IMG/VR virus record: IMGVR_UViG_3300043467_001216
Origin: a virus
Taxonomy: Duplodnaviria; Heunggongvirae; Uroviricota; Caudoviricetes
Length of the DNA: 64,000 bases
Reading direction: 5' to 3' (one strand)
The translations under genes and the position numbers were made by a program. The notes under the pieces were generated by a model. That model made no database searches and had not been told where the DNA came from. It saw only the letters and a program-made list of their open reading frames with translations. Within the stretch, counting starts at the first letter, position 1, and each line of letters starts with the position of its first letter. Of this stretch, positions 17,841-27,821 are shown piece by piece.

Positions 17841-18245
17841 ATGAAAAAAATAATAAGATTAACTGAGTCTGATTTGATTCGAATAGTAAAGAGGGTTATT
17901 AATGAGTCTGATGATTATGATATAATTAAATTTAATAACGACGATTATTTACTTGGGGGTGGTTCTTTTTTTAGTGGTGAGAAACCTAAAGTACAAACTC
18001 GTCTTGAAAGAGCTAAACTACAACTTCAAGTTGCAATACTTAAATTGACTCACGAAGTTCCATCTAATTTATCACAAGAAGAAAAAGATGAGTGGAGTGT
18101 ATATTTAAAATCATTTATTGAATCGGCATTTGATATTGTTGGTGATAATGAGGAAGACATTGAAGACCTAACCCCAATTTCTCAAAGGTTAAGTCTCCAC
18201 ATAGACAATGTGTTAGATAAGAAATCAATTAAAGAAATTGATTGA
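17841..18245 (+). CDS. Leader-tagged hypothetical protein
   Basis: MKKIIRLTESDLIRIVKRVINE; TATTTATA at 17819-17826. Confidence 0.85.
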   Translation: MKKIIRLTESDLIRIVKRVINESDDYDIIKFNNDDYLLGGGSFFSGEKPKVQTRLERAKLQLQVAILKLTHEVPSNLSQEEKDEWSVYLKSFIESAFDIVGDNEEDIEDLTPISQRLSLHIDNVLDKKSIKEID

Positions 18246-18383
18246 TATTAAACCCTTCCTTCAACGGAGGGGTTTTTTGTTATATGTTTAAATTTCCTAA
18301 AAAAATCGACATATCTAAAAAGGGGTTAATAGTGAAAAAAAATTTCTGGAAAAATTTTAGAGTATTTATAGGAAAAAGTATAT

Positions 18384-18956
18384 ATGAAAAAATTTATTAT
18401 TACAGAAGAAGAAAGAAAACATATAATGGGTTTATATGAAGAGAATGTGAATAACCTACCTGAGTTGGGACCTGAGAGATTAAGAAGTCCTAAATCTCAA
18501 CAAATAAAAAAGGAACAAGAATTTTTTAATAAAAAGTATCCTGAGTTCAAGATTCCTGTTGATGGTAATTGGTTAGATAAAAGTTTTAATGATGCGATGG
18601 TAAAGTATATTACAGAAAAAGGTGGGACACCGATGTATTGTAAAACAGGTGATAATTATTGTCCTGAAGATGAAGATGGTGTTGTTTATACTACTGATAG
18701 TAAGATACGTTATGAATTACAACAGGAAATGAAAGGTGGTGATAAACAAGAACCAAATAGTGATGATTGGATGAATATACCTCAAGATACTGTTTGGGAA
18801 TATAAAAATAAAGATGGTAAATGGTTTGGTAGAAAAATGGGTGACCCAAGTAAAAAAGAATATGATGTTTCAAAATACCCTACTACCGTAAAACGATTAA
18901 ACGACTATAAGTCATCATTGGATGCTGCGAAGAAAATTGAAAATGAAAAAGGTTGA
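18384..18956 (+). CDS. Leader-tagged hypothetical protein
   Basis: MKKFIITEEE; TATTTATA at 18363-18370; C-terminal DxxWxY..xxxW motif shared with 32769-33626. Confidence 0.85.
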   Translation: MKKFIITEEERKHIMGLYEENVNNLPELGPERLRSPKSQQIKKEQEFFNKKYPEFKIPVDGNWLDKSFNDAMVKYITEKGGTPMYCKTGDNYCPEDEDGVVYTTDSKIRYELQQEMKGGDKQEPNSDDWMNIPQDTVWEYKNKDGKWFGRKMGDPSKKEYDVSKYPTTVKRLNDYKSSLDAAKKIENEKG

Positions 18957-19545
18957 TTTAAAATTGATTATAATAGTTGGTCTTATTATAACCATATTCT
19001 GTTTAAGGTTTTGTAATGTTAAACCTGATGGTAAGATTGTGACTATTGATGGTAAACCGTATGAGGTTATTAAACACACGGTGGATACTTTATATGTCCC
19101 CACTGTTCAAACGGTCTATAAGAGGGGGAAAGATATATATAGGGATATTCCAATATACGTTGAGTTACCGGGTCGTATAGATACGGTTCAGGTTATAAAA
19201 GATTATTACAGTAAGGTTGTTTATAAGGACACCTTAAAGTTGAAGGATAGTTTGGGGTATGTATCAGTTACTGATACAATATCCAATAATAGTATATTGA
19301 GTAGAGTTTGGGATTCTCATATAAATAAGATTACGATTAATGATAAGATGATTGTTAAGGAATTACCTAAGAATCAATTTTATTTGGGTTCTGAGTTGGG
19401 GTTAAATAATAAGACAGTGTTTACATCATTCAGTCCCTCCCTTTTATTAAAGACAAAGAAGGATAGGATATTTTCGGTGGGTATTGGATTGGGACCTAAT
19501 AAATCCATTCAATATCAAGGTGGTGTATATATTAAATTGTGGTAA
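18943..19545 (+). CDS. Membrane-anchored protein (possible spanin/outer-membrane protein)
   Basis: N-terminal TM, repeated DT(L/V/I) strands, beta-rich C-terminus ending in W. Confidence 0.65.
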   Translation: MKKVDLKLIIIVGLIITIFCLRFCNVKPDGKIVTIDGKPYEVIKHTVDTLYVPTVQTVYKRGKDIYRDIPIYVELPGRIDTVQVIKDYYSKVVYKDTLKLKDSLGYVSVTDTISNNSILSRVWDSHINKITINDKMIVKELPKNQFYLGSELGLNNKTVFTSFSPSLLLKTKKDRIFSVGIGLGPNKSIQYQGGVYIKLW

Positions 19546-19560
19546 TAGGTATTTATTGTT

Positions 19561-19905
19561 ATGAGATTTATATTGAGTGAAAACAGATTCAATTCGTTAT
19601 TTTCTGATTGGTTGGAAAGAAGTGATATTAATATAGAATTCCGTTCTATGCCGGGTTATATAAATGGGGATGATGAAAGGGTTATAACAGGATGTCTTAA
19701 TTTTAGTAAACGAGGTAATAACTTTGGTTTACAAAATTTTTATGTATTTAAATTCCAAGTTGGGGAAGATAACGAATTACACTTTTATGAAAGTAATGGT
19801 AGACCTGAGAGACTGAGGGAATTTAAGATGTTTCCCCCTGAAATTGTTAGGGATTACTTAATTGAGTTATCAAGGAAACATCAGGAACAGAGATTAAATA
19901 AATAA
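19561..19905 (+). CDS. Leader-tagged hypothetical protein
   Basis: MRFILSEN; TATTTAT at 19550-19556. Confidence 0.8.
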   Translation: MRFILSENRFNSLFSDWLERSDINIEFRSMPGYINGDDERVITGCLNFSKRGNNFGLQNFYVFKFQVGEDNELHFYESNGRPERLREFKMFPPEIVRDYLIELSRKHQEQRLNK

Positions 19906-19984
19906 TATACGACCCCTTCTTTATCGGTGGGGTTTTTTATTTGACCTCATCATTTAATTTCTGTATAATTAAATAAAAAAGATT

Positions 19985-20290
19985 ATGAGAGAATATGATG
20001 TTAACGAACCTGTACAAGATATGGGAGTGATGGCGGAGGCACCGATAAGAGGTTATGATAGAGAACCTGAAATGGAGTTGAAGAAAGAGTATATACCTAA
20101 GAAACAGGAATTACTTAGGGAATACGAGATACGTCTTCGTTTTTTAAGTGTTGGATGTGTTATTAGTGTTGGATGTAAGGAGATTCCATTTAGAAGTGTA
20201 ACTGAAGCTATGGATGAACTTAACAAGTATGTTGAGAATCCATATGAGGTAGGTAAGAAATGGCATAAGTTATTTAATAGTGAAGGTTAA
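19985..20290 (+). CDS. Hypothetical protein
   Basis: ORF between two terminators. Confidence 0.75.
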   Translation: MREYDVNEPVQDMGVMAEAPIRGYDREPEMELKKEYIPKKQELLREYEIRLRFLSVGCVISVGCKEIPFRSVTEAMDELNKYVENPYEVGKKWHKLFNSEG

Positions 20291-20452
20291 TATAATCCCC
20301 CATTCTTTTTGAGTGGGGTTTTTTATGCTTATATATTTGGGGGAATAAAAAAGGAAGAAAATATCTTATATACCGGTAACCGTGTCCGACCTTCGGTCGT
20401 CTTTTTGTTTTCCCCCCGCCCGCGATTTATTATTTGGTGAGTATTTATTGAT

Positions 20453-21202
20453 ATGAAAATACTAATTACAGAAAACAAATTAATTGATAATTTCCAAAAA
20501 ATAATTGATAGAGAATTATCTAAATTAAGAGCTCGTTATCGTAGTGAGGAAATTTCAGCGTCAAATTGGTATCTTAGTATTTTTAGTAAAATAGATAGTG
20601 TAAAAGTTACTGACATCAAAAATAGTCCTACTTTTAGTGTTTATATTAATGTTTATGGGGATTCAAGATTGGATGAGGATGACATTCTAACATTCACCAA
20701 TTATTTACGAGAAAAATTATCAGTAATTGGAAACCCTTGGATTGTCCCAACTCTTGTTGGTGAAATTAATGAAATGGTTGATAAACCCAAAGATAATGTT
20801 GAGAAGATTAAATCCTTGATTGATAAAAAGGGGGTTAAGAAAGTAATTGGTTTAGTTGGTGGGCCTGAGAATTTTATTAAGATGTTGGGTTATGATGAAA
20901 TTGAAAAATATATATACCAATATTTGGATGAAAATTGTTATCCTGATTATGATTGGCAGAGTCCCAACGATTATAAAGAGGAGATTAAAAGATTTGGTGA
21001 AATTCTTTTTAATGTTAATGATTCTCCATCGTATGAATATAAACTACACTACGATGGTGGAACTCATTTAGATATTTACCAAAAAATGTTTAATCAAATG
21101 GAAGAAATTTTTTCAATTGATGGGGACAATTCAGTTTGGCTTAAAGTATTTGGTAAATGGTTTAAAAAAAATACAGGTCTTAGAGTTGATAGAGTAATAT
21201 GA
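20453..21202 (+). CDS. Leader-tagged two-module protein
   Basis: MKILITEN; internal EINE then GG-helix module; WFKKNTGLRV end. Confidence 0.85.
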   Translation: MKILITENKLIDNFQKIIDRELSKLRARYRSEEISASNWYLSIFSKIDSVKVTDIKNSPTFSVYINVYGDSRLDEDDILTFTNYLREKLSVIGNPWIVPTLVGEINEMVDKPKDNVEKIKSLIDKKGVKKVIGLVGGPENFIKMLGYDEIEKYIYQYLDENCYPDYDWQSPNDYKEEIKRFGEILFNVNDSPSYEYKLHYDGGTHLDIYQKMFNQMEEIFSIDGDNSVWLKVFGKWFKKNTGLRVDRVI

Positions 21203-21621
21203 AAATAGTAATTACAGAAAATAGATTAGAAAAAGTTCTTAAACAATCAGGTACTGATAAAACAATTCAGTTACTAGGTGGTTGGGAGAACTTTTGTAAA
21301 GTATTTAAGATTGAGAGTCCGATGGATTTCTTACATCTATTTGATGATTTAGAAGAATTTCAATCAACTGAAAACTCCAACTTTAAATTATATAGATATA
21401 GACCGGGAAAAAACTTTATGATATATAACATAAATGAGAATCGTATTGGTATTAGTAATGAAGAGATTTTGACTTTTGTTACCAGTAGTAATTTGTTTAC
21501 ACCTGACTTTAAACCGAGAGAAATAATACAAACGTGGTTGGAGGATGTTTATAAACTTGATATTGGTATAAATAGAATCCACTCATTTAATTTGTGGGAT
21601 AATGTTAGCCGAATAGAATAA
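21199..21621 (+). CDS. Family-A leader-tagged protein (1 of 5)
   Basis: MKIVITEN...LLGGWENF...PMDFLHLFDDL. Confidence 0.9.
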   Translation: MKIVITENRLEKVLKQSGTDKTIQLLGGWENFCKVFKIESPMDFLHLFDDLEEFQSTENSNFKLYRYRPGKNFMIYNINENRIGISNEEILTFVTSSNLFTPDFKPREIIQTWLEDVYKLDIGINRIHSFNLWDNVSRIE

Positions 21622-21622
21622 T

Positions 21623-22045
21623 ATGAAAATAGTTATAACAGAAAATAAATTAGAAAAAGTTCTTAAACAATCAGGGACTAAAAAAACTATTGAACTACTA
21701 GGTGGTTGGGATAATTTTTGCAAAGTATTTAAGATTGAAAGTCCAATGGACTTCTTACACCTTTTTGATGATTTGGAACGAGTTCAGTCGGAAGAAAAAA
21801 AAAATTGGACGTTATTTCGTTATAAAAAAGGTGATAATTATATAGTTTACGATAGAAAAAATGAGGAAGTCTACATTAATAATGTTGAGATTTTGATGAT
21901 TTTGTTAAAAACGATTCGACAATTTGATACTACCTATACTGTTACTCAGGAAGTATTAAAGAAGTGGTTGGGTGAGGTCTACAATTTAAAATATACACGA
22001 CCAACACCAAAACTCTTGTCGGGTAGTATGAAGTCTATAATTTAA
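21623..22045 (+). CDS. Family-A leader-tagged protein (2 of 5)
   Basis: Same N-terminal block; degenerate repeat pair at 21967/22023. Confidence 0.9.
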   Translation: MKIVITENKLEKVLKQSGTKKTIELLGGWDNFCKVFKIESPMDFLHLFDDLERVQSEEKKNWTLFRYKKGDNYIVYDRKNEEVYINNVEILMILLKTIRQFDTTYTVTQEVLKKWLGEVYNLKYTRPTPKLLSGSMKSII

Positions 22046-22051
22046 AATGAT

Positions 22052-22246
22052 ATGAAAATAATAATAACAGAAGAACAATATAAAACACTTAATGAAATGA
22101 TTAAACTTGATATTAAAGTTGGGGATACATTAATGGGTGGTAAATTTAAGAACAAGAAGGTTGTTGTTAAAACTATTGGTAAGAATGACAATGGTGATAT
22201 CACAATAAATGGGAAACCATTATTACGATTTAGAATTATAAAATGA
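22052..22246 (+). CDS. Leader-tagged small KOW/SH3-like protein
   Basis: MKIIITEEQY; IKVGDTLMGGKFKNKKVVV. Confidence 0.8.
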   Translation: MKIIITEEQYKTLNEMIKLDIKVGDTLMGGKFKNKKVVVKTIGKNDNGDITINGKPLLRFRIIK

Positions 22247-22515
22247 AAATAATAATTACAGAAGAACAATATAGTCGTTATATGAGACGAAGATATGAAT
22301 GTATGAAAGAGTTCGTTGATAAATTAACTAGTGGTGAAGAAAAATTACTTGTTCCCCCTGGTGACTTTGAATGGGATACTTACAAATATATTTTAACAGC
22401 CTTCGTAAGACGTTCTTGTAATAAGAATGAGATGTATTTTAATGAAGATGTTCATAACGAAATAATGGAAATATTTGGTGATAGACTAAAACAGTATTAC
22501 GATAATAATAGATAA
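22243..22515 (+). CDS. Leader-tagged hypothetical protein
   Basis: MKIIITEEQY. Confidence 0.8.
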   Translation: MKIIITEEQYSRYMRRRYECMKEFVDKLTSGEEKLLVPPGDFEWDTYKYILTAFVRRSCNKNEMYFNEDVHNEIMEIFGDRLKQYYDNNR

Positions 22516-22583
22516 AATTCCCCATTTCTAATTGGTGGTGTTTTTTTTTAATTAATTAATATTTATAAATAAAAGTAAAAAAT

Positions 22584-22982
22584 ATGAAAAAAGTTATAAG
22601 ATTAACGGAACGTGATTTAACTAAGTTAGTTAAACGTATTATTAGTGAGCAAGAAGGGGAAATGCCAGCACGTAAATTGAGTCCGAGAGTTGAAAAAGAA
22701 AGAAAAATCGGAAAATTAAATTATGATAAATCTAGATTAGAAGGATTAAAAAAGGATATTTCAGAAATTGCTGAATTTTCAATAGAAACATTTAATGATA
22801 TTATTAACCAAATGGGTGATATTGATTCTGTTCAAATTGATTCAGCTCAAATTGATTCAGCTCAAAAGGCGTTAAGTGATTTCTTAAAAAGTGTTATTAA
22901 TATTGACAATGGAAATACCTTTGAATATCCAAACGAAGTTGAGTGGAGAGGTATGAAATTTAATGGAAAAATTGATAAATAG
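22584..22982 (+). CDS. Leader-tagged hypothetical protein
   Basis: MKKVIRLTERDLTKLVKRIISE; TATTTATA at 22560-22567. Confidence 0.85.
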   Translation: MKKVIRLTERDLTKLVKRIISEQEGEMPARKLSPRVEKERKIGKLNYDKSRLEGLKKDISEIAEFSIETFNDIINQMGDIDSVQIDSAQIDSAQKALSDFLKSVINIDNGNTFEYPNEVEWRGMKFNGKIDK

Positions 22983-23051
22983 GATTAAAAAAGAGATTAA
23001 TAAAAAACCCCATTTCTAAAAAGAGTGGGGTTTTTTTATTATATTTGTTTT

Positions 23052-23396
23052 ATGAAAAGTGTTATTCAGTTACGGAAGATTAAAGATAAATCAGACAAGA
23101 GATATAAGATTAGATATACGTTTTATCATAAAAACGTGTTATTAAGTGAAAAAATATACGATATTCACGATATTATTCTTGAAAACGGGTGGAAAAGTAT
23201 ATCATTTGAGGAACATATGTCATTATGTAAGAGATTGTTTGGTTTCACATTTAGTAAGTATACATTAATCAACACTAAAGATTTCGGTTTATTTCCTGAT
23301 ATTCCTTATAATAATTGGTTAAATTATCAGGATGATGGGTTCAATGTTTGTTTAAATGATAATGATTTATTAATATTAAAAGAAAAATTGGTATGA
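23052..23396 (+). CDS. Hypothetical protein
   Basis: ATG 23052 after TATATTTG at 23040-23047. Confidence 0.7.
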   Translation: MKSVIQLRKIKDKSDKRYKIRYTFYHKNVLLSEKIYDIHDIILENGWKSISFEEHMSLCKRLFGFTFSKYTLINTKDFGLFPDIPYNNWLNYQDDGFNVCLNDNDLLILKEKLV

Positions 23397-23584
23397 GTGG
23401 TAAGTTTTTTATGGTAGTGTATATTATTGGGGTATTAGGTAGTGTTAATAATTTATTCAACAGTAATAGTTACGAAGAAAGATTGGGTTGGTTTTCGGCA
23501 TTTTTCTACGCTGTGTCAGCATTCTTATGTCAAATTGAGTTGAATCAGTGTAAGAAGAAAAATGATGAAGAAGAATCTGAATGA
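23393..23584 (+). CDS. Small membrane protein
   Basis: Two hydrophobic segments. Confidence 0.65.
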   Translation: MSGKFFMVVYIIGVLGSVNNLFNSNSYEERLGWFSAFFYAVSAFLCQIELNQCKKKNDEEESE

Positions 23585-24170
23585 TTGGGATAGACCGGTA
23601 AGAAGTTTATCATATCCCCGTGAAGGATGGGATAGACCATATTATGATTATGTTTTCTTAACTGAGGGTCAGAAATATCGTTATGATGTTTTGATACCTA
23701 GTATTAGTAAAGTAATGCAAAAATTCGGTTTAAATAGATTTACTAAGTTGATTGGGGGTCAAGTATTGTATAAGACATTTGCATCGTATCCTGACGAGAT
23801 ATTTACGATATTTGGGAAGTTTAAAAAATTTAGAATTTTATTACAAGATGCTGAATCATATCATTTTCGGACAAATGATGCTAATGTGTATTATTATAAT
23901 ACATTTCCCCTATTTTATATTGATGATAACGGTGTAATGATGGTTGATAATTCATTGAGGGATTTATTTGAGAAATCTTTTAGGATGCCTGAGAATTATT
24001 ATTGTCGTATGTTGGAGGAATATGGTAAAACCAGACATCGTGAGAATGTAAGATTTGTAAAGTTTTGTGATTTAAATTTCAAAGTCCCTAAATTGGAATC
24101 AATGCACATTAGTTATAGGGATGTTATTGGGGTAAATTACAGTCCGACTCACAGTTTTCGTTATTTATAG
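23562..24170 (+). CDS. Hypothetical protein with GG-helix module
   Basis: KFGLNRFTKLIGG. Confidence 0.75.
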   Translation: MMKKNLNDWDRPVRSLSYPREGWDRPYYDYVFLTEGQKYRYDVLIPSISKVMQKFGLNRFTKLIGGQVLYKTFASYPDEIFTIFGKFKKFRILLQDAESYHFRTNDANVYYYNTFPLFYIDDNGVMMVDNSLRDLFEKSFRMPENYYCRMLEEYGKTRHRENVRFVKFCDLNFKVPKLESMHISYRDVIGVNYSPTHSFRYL

Positions 24171-24192
24171 GTATTTATATTAAAAAATATCT

Positions 24193-24864
24193 ATGGGAAA
24201 ATTTATAATTACGGAAGATGATAAACGACATATTAAAAGTTTGTATGAACAAACTACTGTGAAACCACAAACAGAAAATGCCGCATTAAATATAACACCA
24301 TTAGCTGGTGGTATTAAATTTGTAATCAATAATAAATCAGGGTTTTCTGCTGGTTCAGAAATGGGTGGTGTAACATCAGAATTAGGTCAAGGTAATTTTA
24401 TATTGTTTAATCAAGTTCCGAGTGCTCCGGGTGCCGCATTAACTTTGGATTTTTTAAATACTTCGGGTGCTCAGAGTGCAATTGTTAGTATGTTAAATAA
24501 TAAAATTGGTTTTATGAAAGATGCTAAAATGTTTGGTATTGATGATAGAGGTGCTATGGATTTTATATCATTAGTTTGTAGAGGTTTTTATGGTAATATT
24601 ACAAAAGAAAATGTTATTAGTTTATTACAGTCTTTGAGATTGCTACAACAAAATCAAGCAAAAATATTAGGTTCAAGTATAATCTCAAATTTCGAATCAA
24701 TTTTTAAAACAATCGTATCTATTAGTTCTATGACAGGTCCTGATTTTTATGCTAAATTCCCAACTAATTTAGTTTCTAATAAATGGGGTGCTGGTGGTAA
24801 TGAAATGAAAGCCATATATTCAGCATCAATCGAGTACTTTCCAGGTAACATTAAAAAAGTATAA
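24193..24864 (+). CDS. Leader-tagged hypothetical protein
   Basis: MGKFIITEDDKRHIKSLYE; TATTTATA at 24172-24179. Confidence 0.85.
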   Translation: MGKFIITEDDKRHIKSLYEQTTVKPQTENAALNITPLAGGIKFVINNKSGFSAGSEMGGVTSELGQGNFILFNQVPSAPGAALTLDFLNTSGAQSAIVSMLNNKIGFMKDAKMFGIDDRGAMDFISLVCRGFYGNITKENVISLLQSLRLLQQNQAKILGSSIISNFESIFKTIVSISSMTGPDFYAKFPTNLVSNKWGAGGNEMKAIYSASIEYFPGNIKKV

Positions 24865-24897
24865 AAATAAACCCCACCAATTGAGTGGGGTTATTCA

Positions 24898-25416
24898 TTA
24901 GTATTGACTGTGGATGTTTAAATACATTCCATTTAGTTGTGAGTTGATGTAAACAACACGTAAGAAGTAAGTAGTATCATCATTCACGTATGTGTATTCT
25001 TCAAATAACATTTTATCATTAATGAAACTTGTGTTAGTGAATTTAGAAATCACTTTTGATTTATTTTTAGGTAATTTGTTTGTGAAATTTTTAAGAGTAT
25101 TTACAAATACGGAGTCAGGAGTTGTATTAGGTTTCAAATCTTGTCCATCATATTCGTTAAGGTAGTATAAACCTTTGAAACCTTTAGTGTTGATTGCACT
25201 AAGGATTATATCATATTTTTTATCGTATAAAACATTTAGTATTTGTTTTTTAAGATTAGAATGATTACCATATACCGGAGTTACTGAATTTATGATTGAG
25301 TCAATTCTTTTGTCTTTTAAAGAATTGAAAACTTTATCATTATCAGATGATTTTTGTGAGAACACGTTTAGTAACGTTACCAAACCAAATACTAAACTTA
25401 AAACTAACTTTTTCAT
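24898..25416 (-). CDS. Secreted hypothetical protein
   Basis: Bacteroidota-type signal MKKLVLSLVFGL...FSQ. Confidence 0.8.
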   Translation of the reverse strand: MKKLVLSLVFGLVTLLNVFSQKSSDNDKVFNSLKDKRIDSIINSVTPVYGNHSNLKKQILNVLYDKKYDIILSAINTKGFKGLYYLNEYDGQDLKPNTTPDSVFVNTLKNFTNKLPKNKSKVISKFTNTSFINDKMLFEEYTYVNDDTTYFLRVVYINSQLNGMYLNIHSQY

Positions 25417-25476
25417 AACTCATTGTTTATATATGTAAAGATAATAAATTATTTGATTTAAAGACTATTTATTGGT

Positions 25477-26610
25477 ATGAAAATTATTATAACAGAAAGA
25501 CAATTTGATTTAATAGAGCAAGAATTAAGTTTATCTGATGATAAACCTGAAGATGAAATTAAACCATTTGCTGAGTTTACTGATATTAGGCACGGTGAAT
25601 GGCCAACAGGTGCAATTTATATTAATGGTGTATCAACATCTGATAAAGATATGTTGAGTTCCATTAAACAGAGTAAACTTCCGACTAAAATATCATTTAA
25701 ATCGGTTATCAACCCATTAAATACTTTAGAAATTGAAAGTGATAAGTTATATATTAGCAAGAATAATAACTTATATATTTTAAAGTCTGATTATCCTGAA
25801 TATATTAAAAAACAAGTCGTTACAAACTTATATCCTGATGATTTGAAAAAATTAAATTCAGGATTTCCTGAATTTATAACAAAATTATTATTTGAAAAGT
25901 TTAAGGATAATTTGGGTCTTAATAATTACATTATTCTGAATAAAAAATCGAATAAATATATTGTTACATCAGCAATGTGTGAAAGTAATATCGGATTAAT
26001 TGTTGATGTTAACAACCCTATTGACCCATTGTATAATACAAATGTTAACGGTCAAGTTTGGTCGATTTTAAATTTCTTTGATACCAATCCAAAAGTAATT
26101 AAACAATTATTGAATTGGTATTATGATACTGACCCACAACAAGTGTCACTTGATAATTTTAAATCGTGGATAGTTGAAAATCAAAATGATTTGTTTGATG
26201 GTATTAAATTAAAGGTGTTGGTTAATTTAAATTTTGAATCTTATAATAAAGGGACTGAAACCGAAAATTATGCCATAAACCATTTAATAAATAAATTAAA
26301 TGTTTCACCTGACAAGATTCAACAATTTTGTGCGGGTACAGGTAGAGATAGAAAACAAGGGGTGGATTTTATTACCATTAAAAATGGTGTTGAATCAACA
26401 TTCCAAGTTAAACCATTAAGTGGTATAAAAACCGATGAATCATCATTTATCATCTCAACTTATAAGATGAAAAATTATAGTAAAAAAGTACAGTATTTAA
26501 TTTTTGCTAATAAACAGGATTTTTATATTTTTGAAAACTACGGATATGTAATTTCAGATGGTAATAATGTTGTGACAATTAATAAAGAAAGTTTAGTATA
26601 TCCAAAATAA
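25477..26610 (+). CDS. Leader-tagged protein with C-terminal PD-(D/E)xK-like nuclease motif
   Basis: MKIIITE; GTETE...DRKQGVD...QVK. Confidence 0.6.
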   Translation: MKIIITERQFDLIEQELSLSDDKPEDEIKPFAEFTDIRHGEWPTGAIYINGVSTSDKDMLSSIKQSKLPTKISFKSVINPLNTLEIESDKLYISKNNNLYILKSDYPEYIKKQVVTNLYPDDLKKLNSGFPEFITKLLFEKFKDNLGLNNYIILNKKSNKYIVTSAMCESNIGLIVDVNNPIDPLYNTNVNGQVWSILNFFDTNPKVIKQLLNWYYDTDPQQVSLDNFKSWIVENQNDLFDGIKLKVLVNLNFESYNKGTETENYAINHLINKLNVSPDKIQQFCAGTGRDRKQGVDFITIKNGVESTFQVKPLSGIKTDESSFIISTYKMKNYSKKVQYLIFANKQDFYIFENYGYVISDGNNVVTINKESLVYPK

Positions 26611-26699
26611 CCCCACCTAAAATAGTATTTTAGGTCCGACCCAAGGTAATACTTGGGTTTCTTTTTTTGAATTAACTATATTTATATATAAAAAAGATT

Positions 26700-27239
26700 A
26701 TGAAACATTTATTAAATAATTTGAGTGAGGAAGAAAAAAACTCAATTAGAGAACAACACGAAGGTGGAATGAAGTTAGATACTTCAAGATTTAGAACTTT
26801 ATTGGAGAGTAAATCAGGTAATGTTAAACCATTAGTAGAACAAGATGAACCTTCAATCGAAGATGAATTAGAAGAAATGGTTGGTGTTGATTATATGTCA
26901 GATGAATTGGAAGAAGATTTTGAAGGTGAAGAAAAACCTTTAAATATAATTCAGAAACATTTGTTAAAGAAATTTAGGTCAAATCCTAATATTGCATCTG
27001 ATTATGGGATGAGTGATGAAGAATTTAATGATTTTGTTTATAATGAACTAGACCATGAAAATTATAATGATATGTTTTATCCGGATGATTCTAGATTTGT
27101 AGATGATGAAGAAGAAGAAGATTTAGGATTTGCACAACACGATGGTGATTTTGGTGGTGACGACTCTGAATTTGATGATGAAGAAGAATTGGATTTAACA
27201 GAATTCGATGATTTAGAAGATGATGAAGATACTTGGTAA
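26700..27239 (+). CDS. Leader-tagged highly acidic protein
   Basis: LSEEEKNSIREQH; D/E-rich C-terminal part. Confidence 0.85.
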   Translation: MKHLLNNLSEEEKNSIREQHEGGMKLDTSRFRTLLESKSGNVKPLVEQDEPSIEDELEEMVGVDYMSDELEEDFEGEEKPLNIIQKHLLKKFRSNPNIASDYGMSDEEFNDFVYNELDHENYNDMFYPDDSRFVDDEEEEDLGFAQHDGDFGGDDSEFDDEEELDLTEFDDLEDDEDTW

Positions 27240-27308
27240 TCATTAATTAATATTATATTATCCCCACCTCATCCGTGGGGTTTTTTGTTTATAAAAGTAT
27301 TTATGATT

Positions 27309-27821
27309 ATGGATATTAAAATCACCGAAAAACAACGTGAAAGAATACTAAAATTATTGACTAACAGAAACCCTCAAGAAGTGTTTAAATTATTGGGTGG
27401 GGTTGATAATTTTTTAAAAATAGTCAATAATGACTTAAAGGAATTCTATGAACTTACAGGTTACATTCCTTATACAATAGACGAACTTGATGGTGGGAGA
27501 ATGCACATTGATAAAATATTAATTGATAGGTTAAATTTAGAAGATAAACCTCATTGGATTGATGAACAAAAAAAATTAGGTGAATTTATCTTTGGGACAA
27601 AAAACGGTCCAAGGTATACGTTTGATGCGGTAGCAACAGGTAAAGCTATTGATTCTAACGGTCAAGTGTTTATGCAAGTCGCTGGAATGTGTGATGATTT
27701 AGGTTTAGGATTTGGATATGGTGACCTAAAACAAAAAGAAAAATTAGGTAAAAGAGCTCAATCTCAAATTTACAAACAAATAATTGAGAAATATAATTTA
27801 GATAGTTACAATGGACATTAA
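27309..27821 (+). CDS. Leader-tagged protein (paralog of 27811-28299)
   Basis: MDIKITE; TATTTAT at 27298-27304. Confidence 0.85.
   Translation: MDIKITEKQRERILKLLTNRNPQEVFKLLGGVDNFLKIVNNDLKEFYELTGYIPYTIDELDGGRMHIDKILIDRLNLEDKPHWIDEQKKLGEFIFGTKNGPRYTFDAVATGKAIDSNGQVFMQVAGMCDDLGLGFGYGDLKQKEKLGKRAQSQIYKQIIEKYNLDSYNGH

Noticed and set aside
22830-22865. 15-nt tandem repeat encoding QIDSA, and the EGML duplication near 9928
   Set aside because: Simple short in-frame slippage duplications with no further structure
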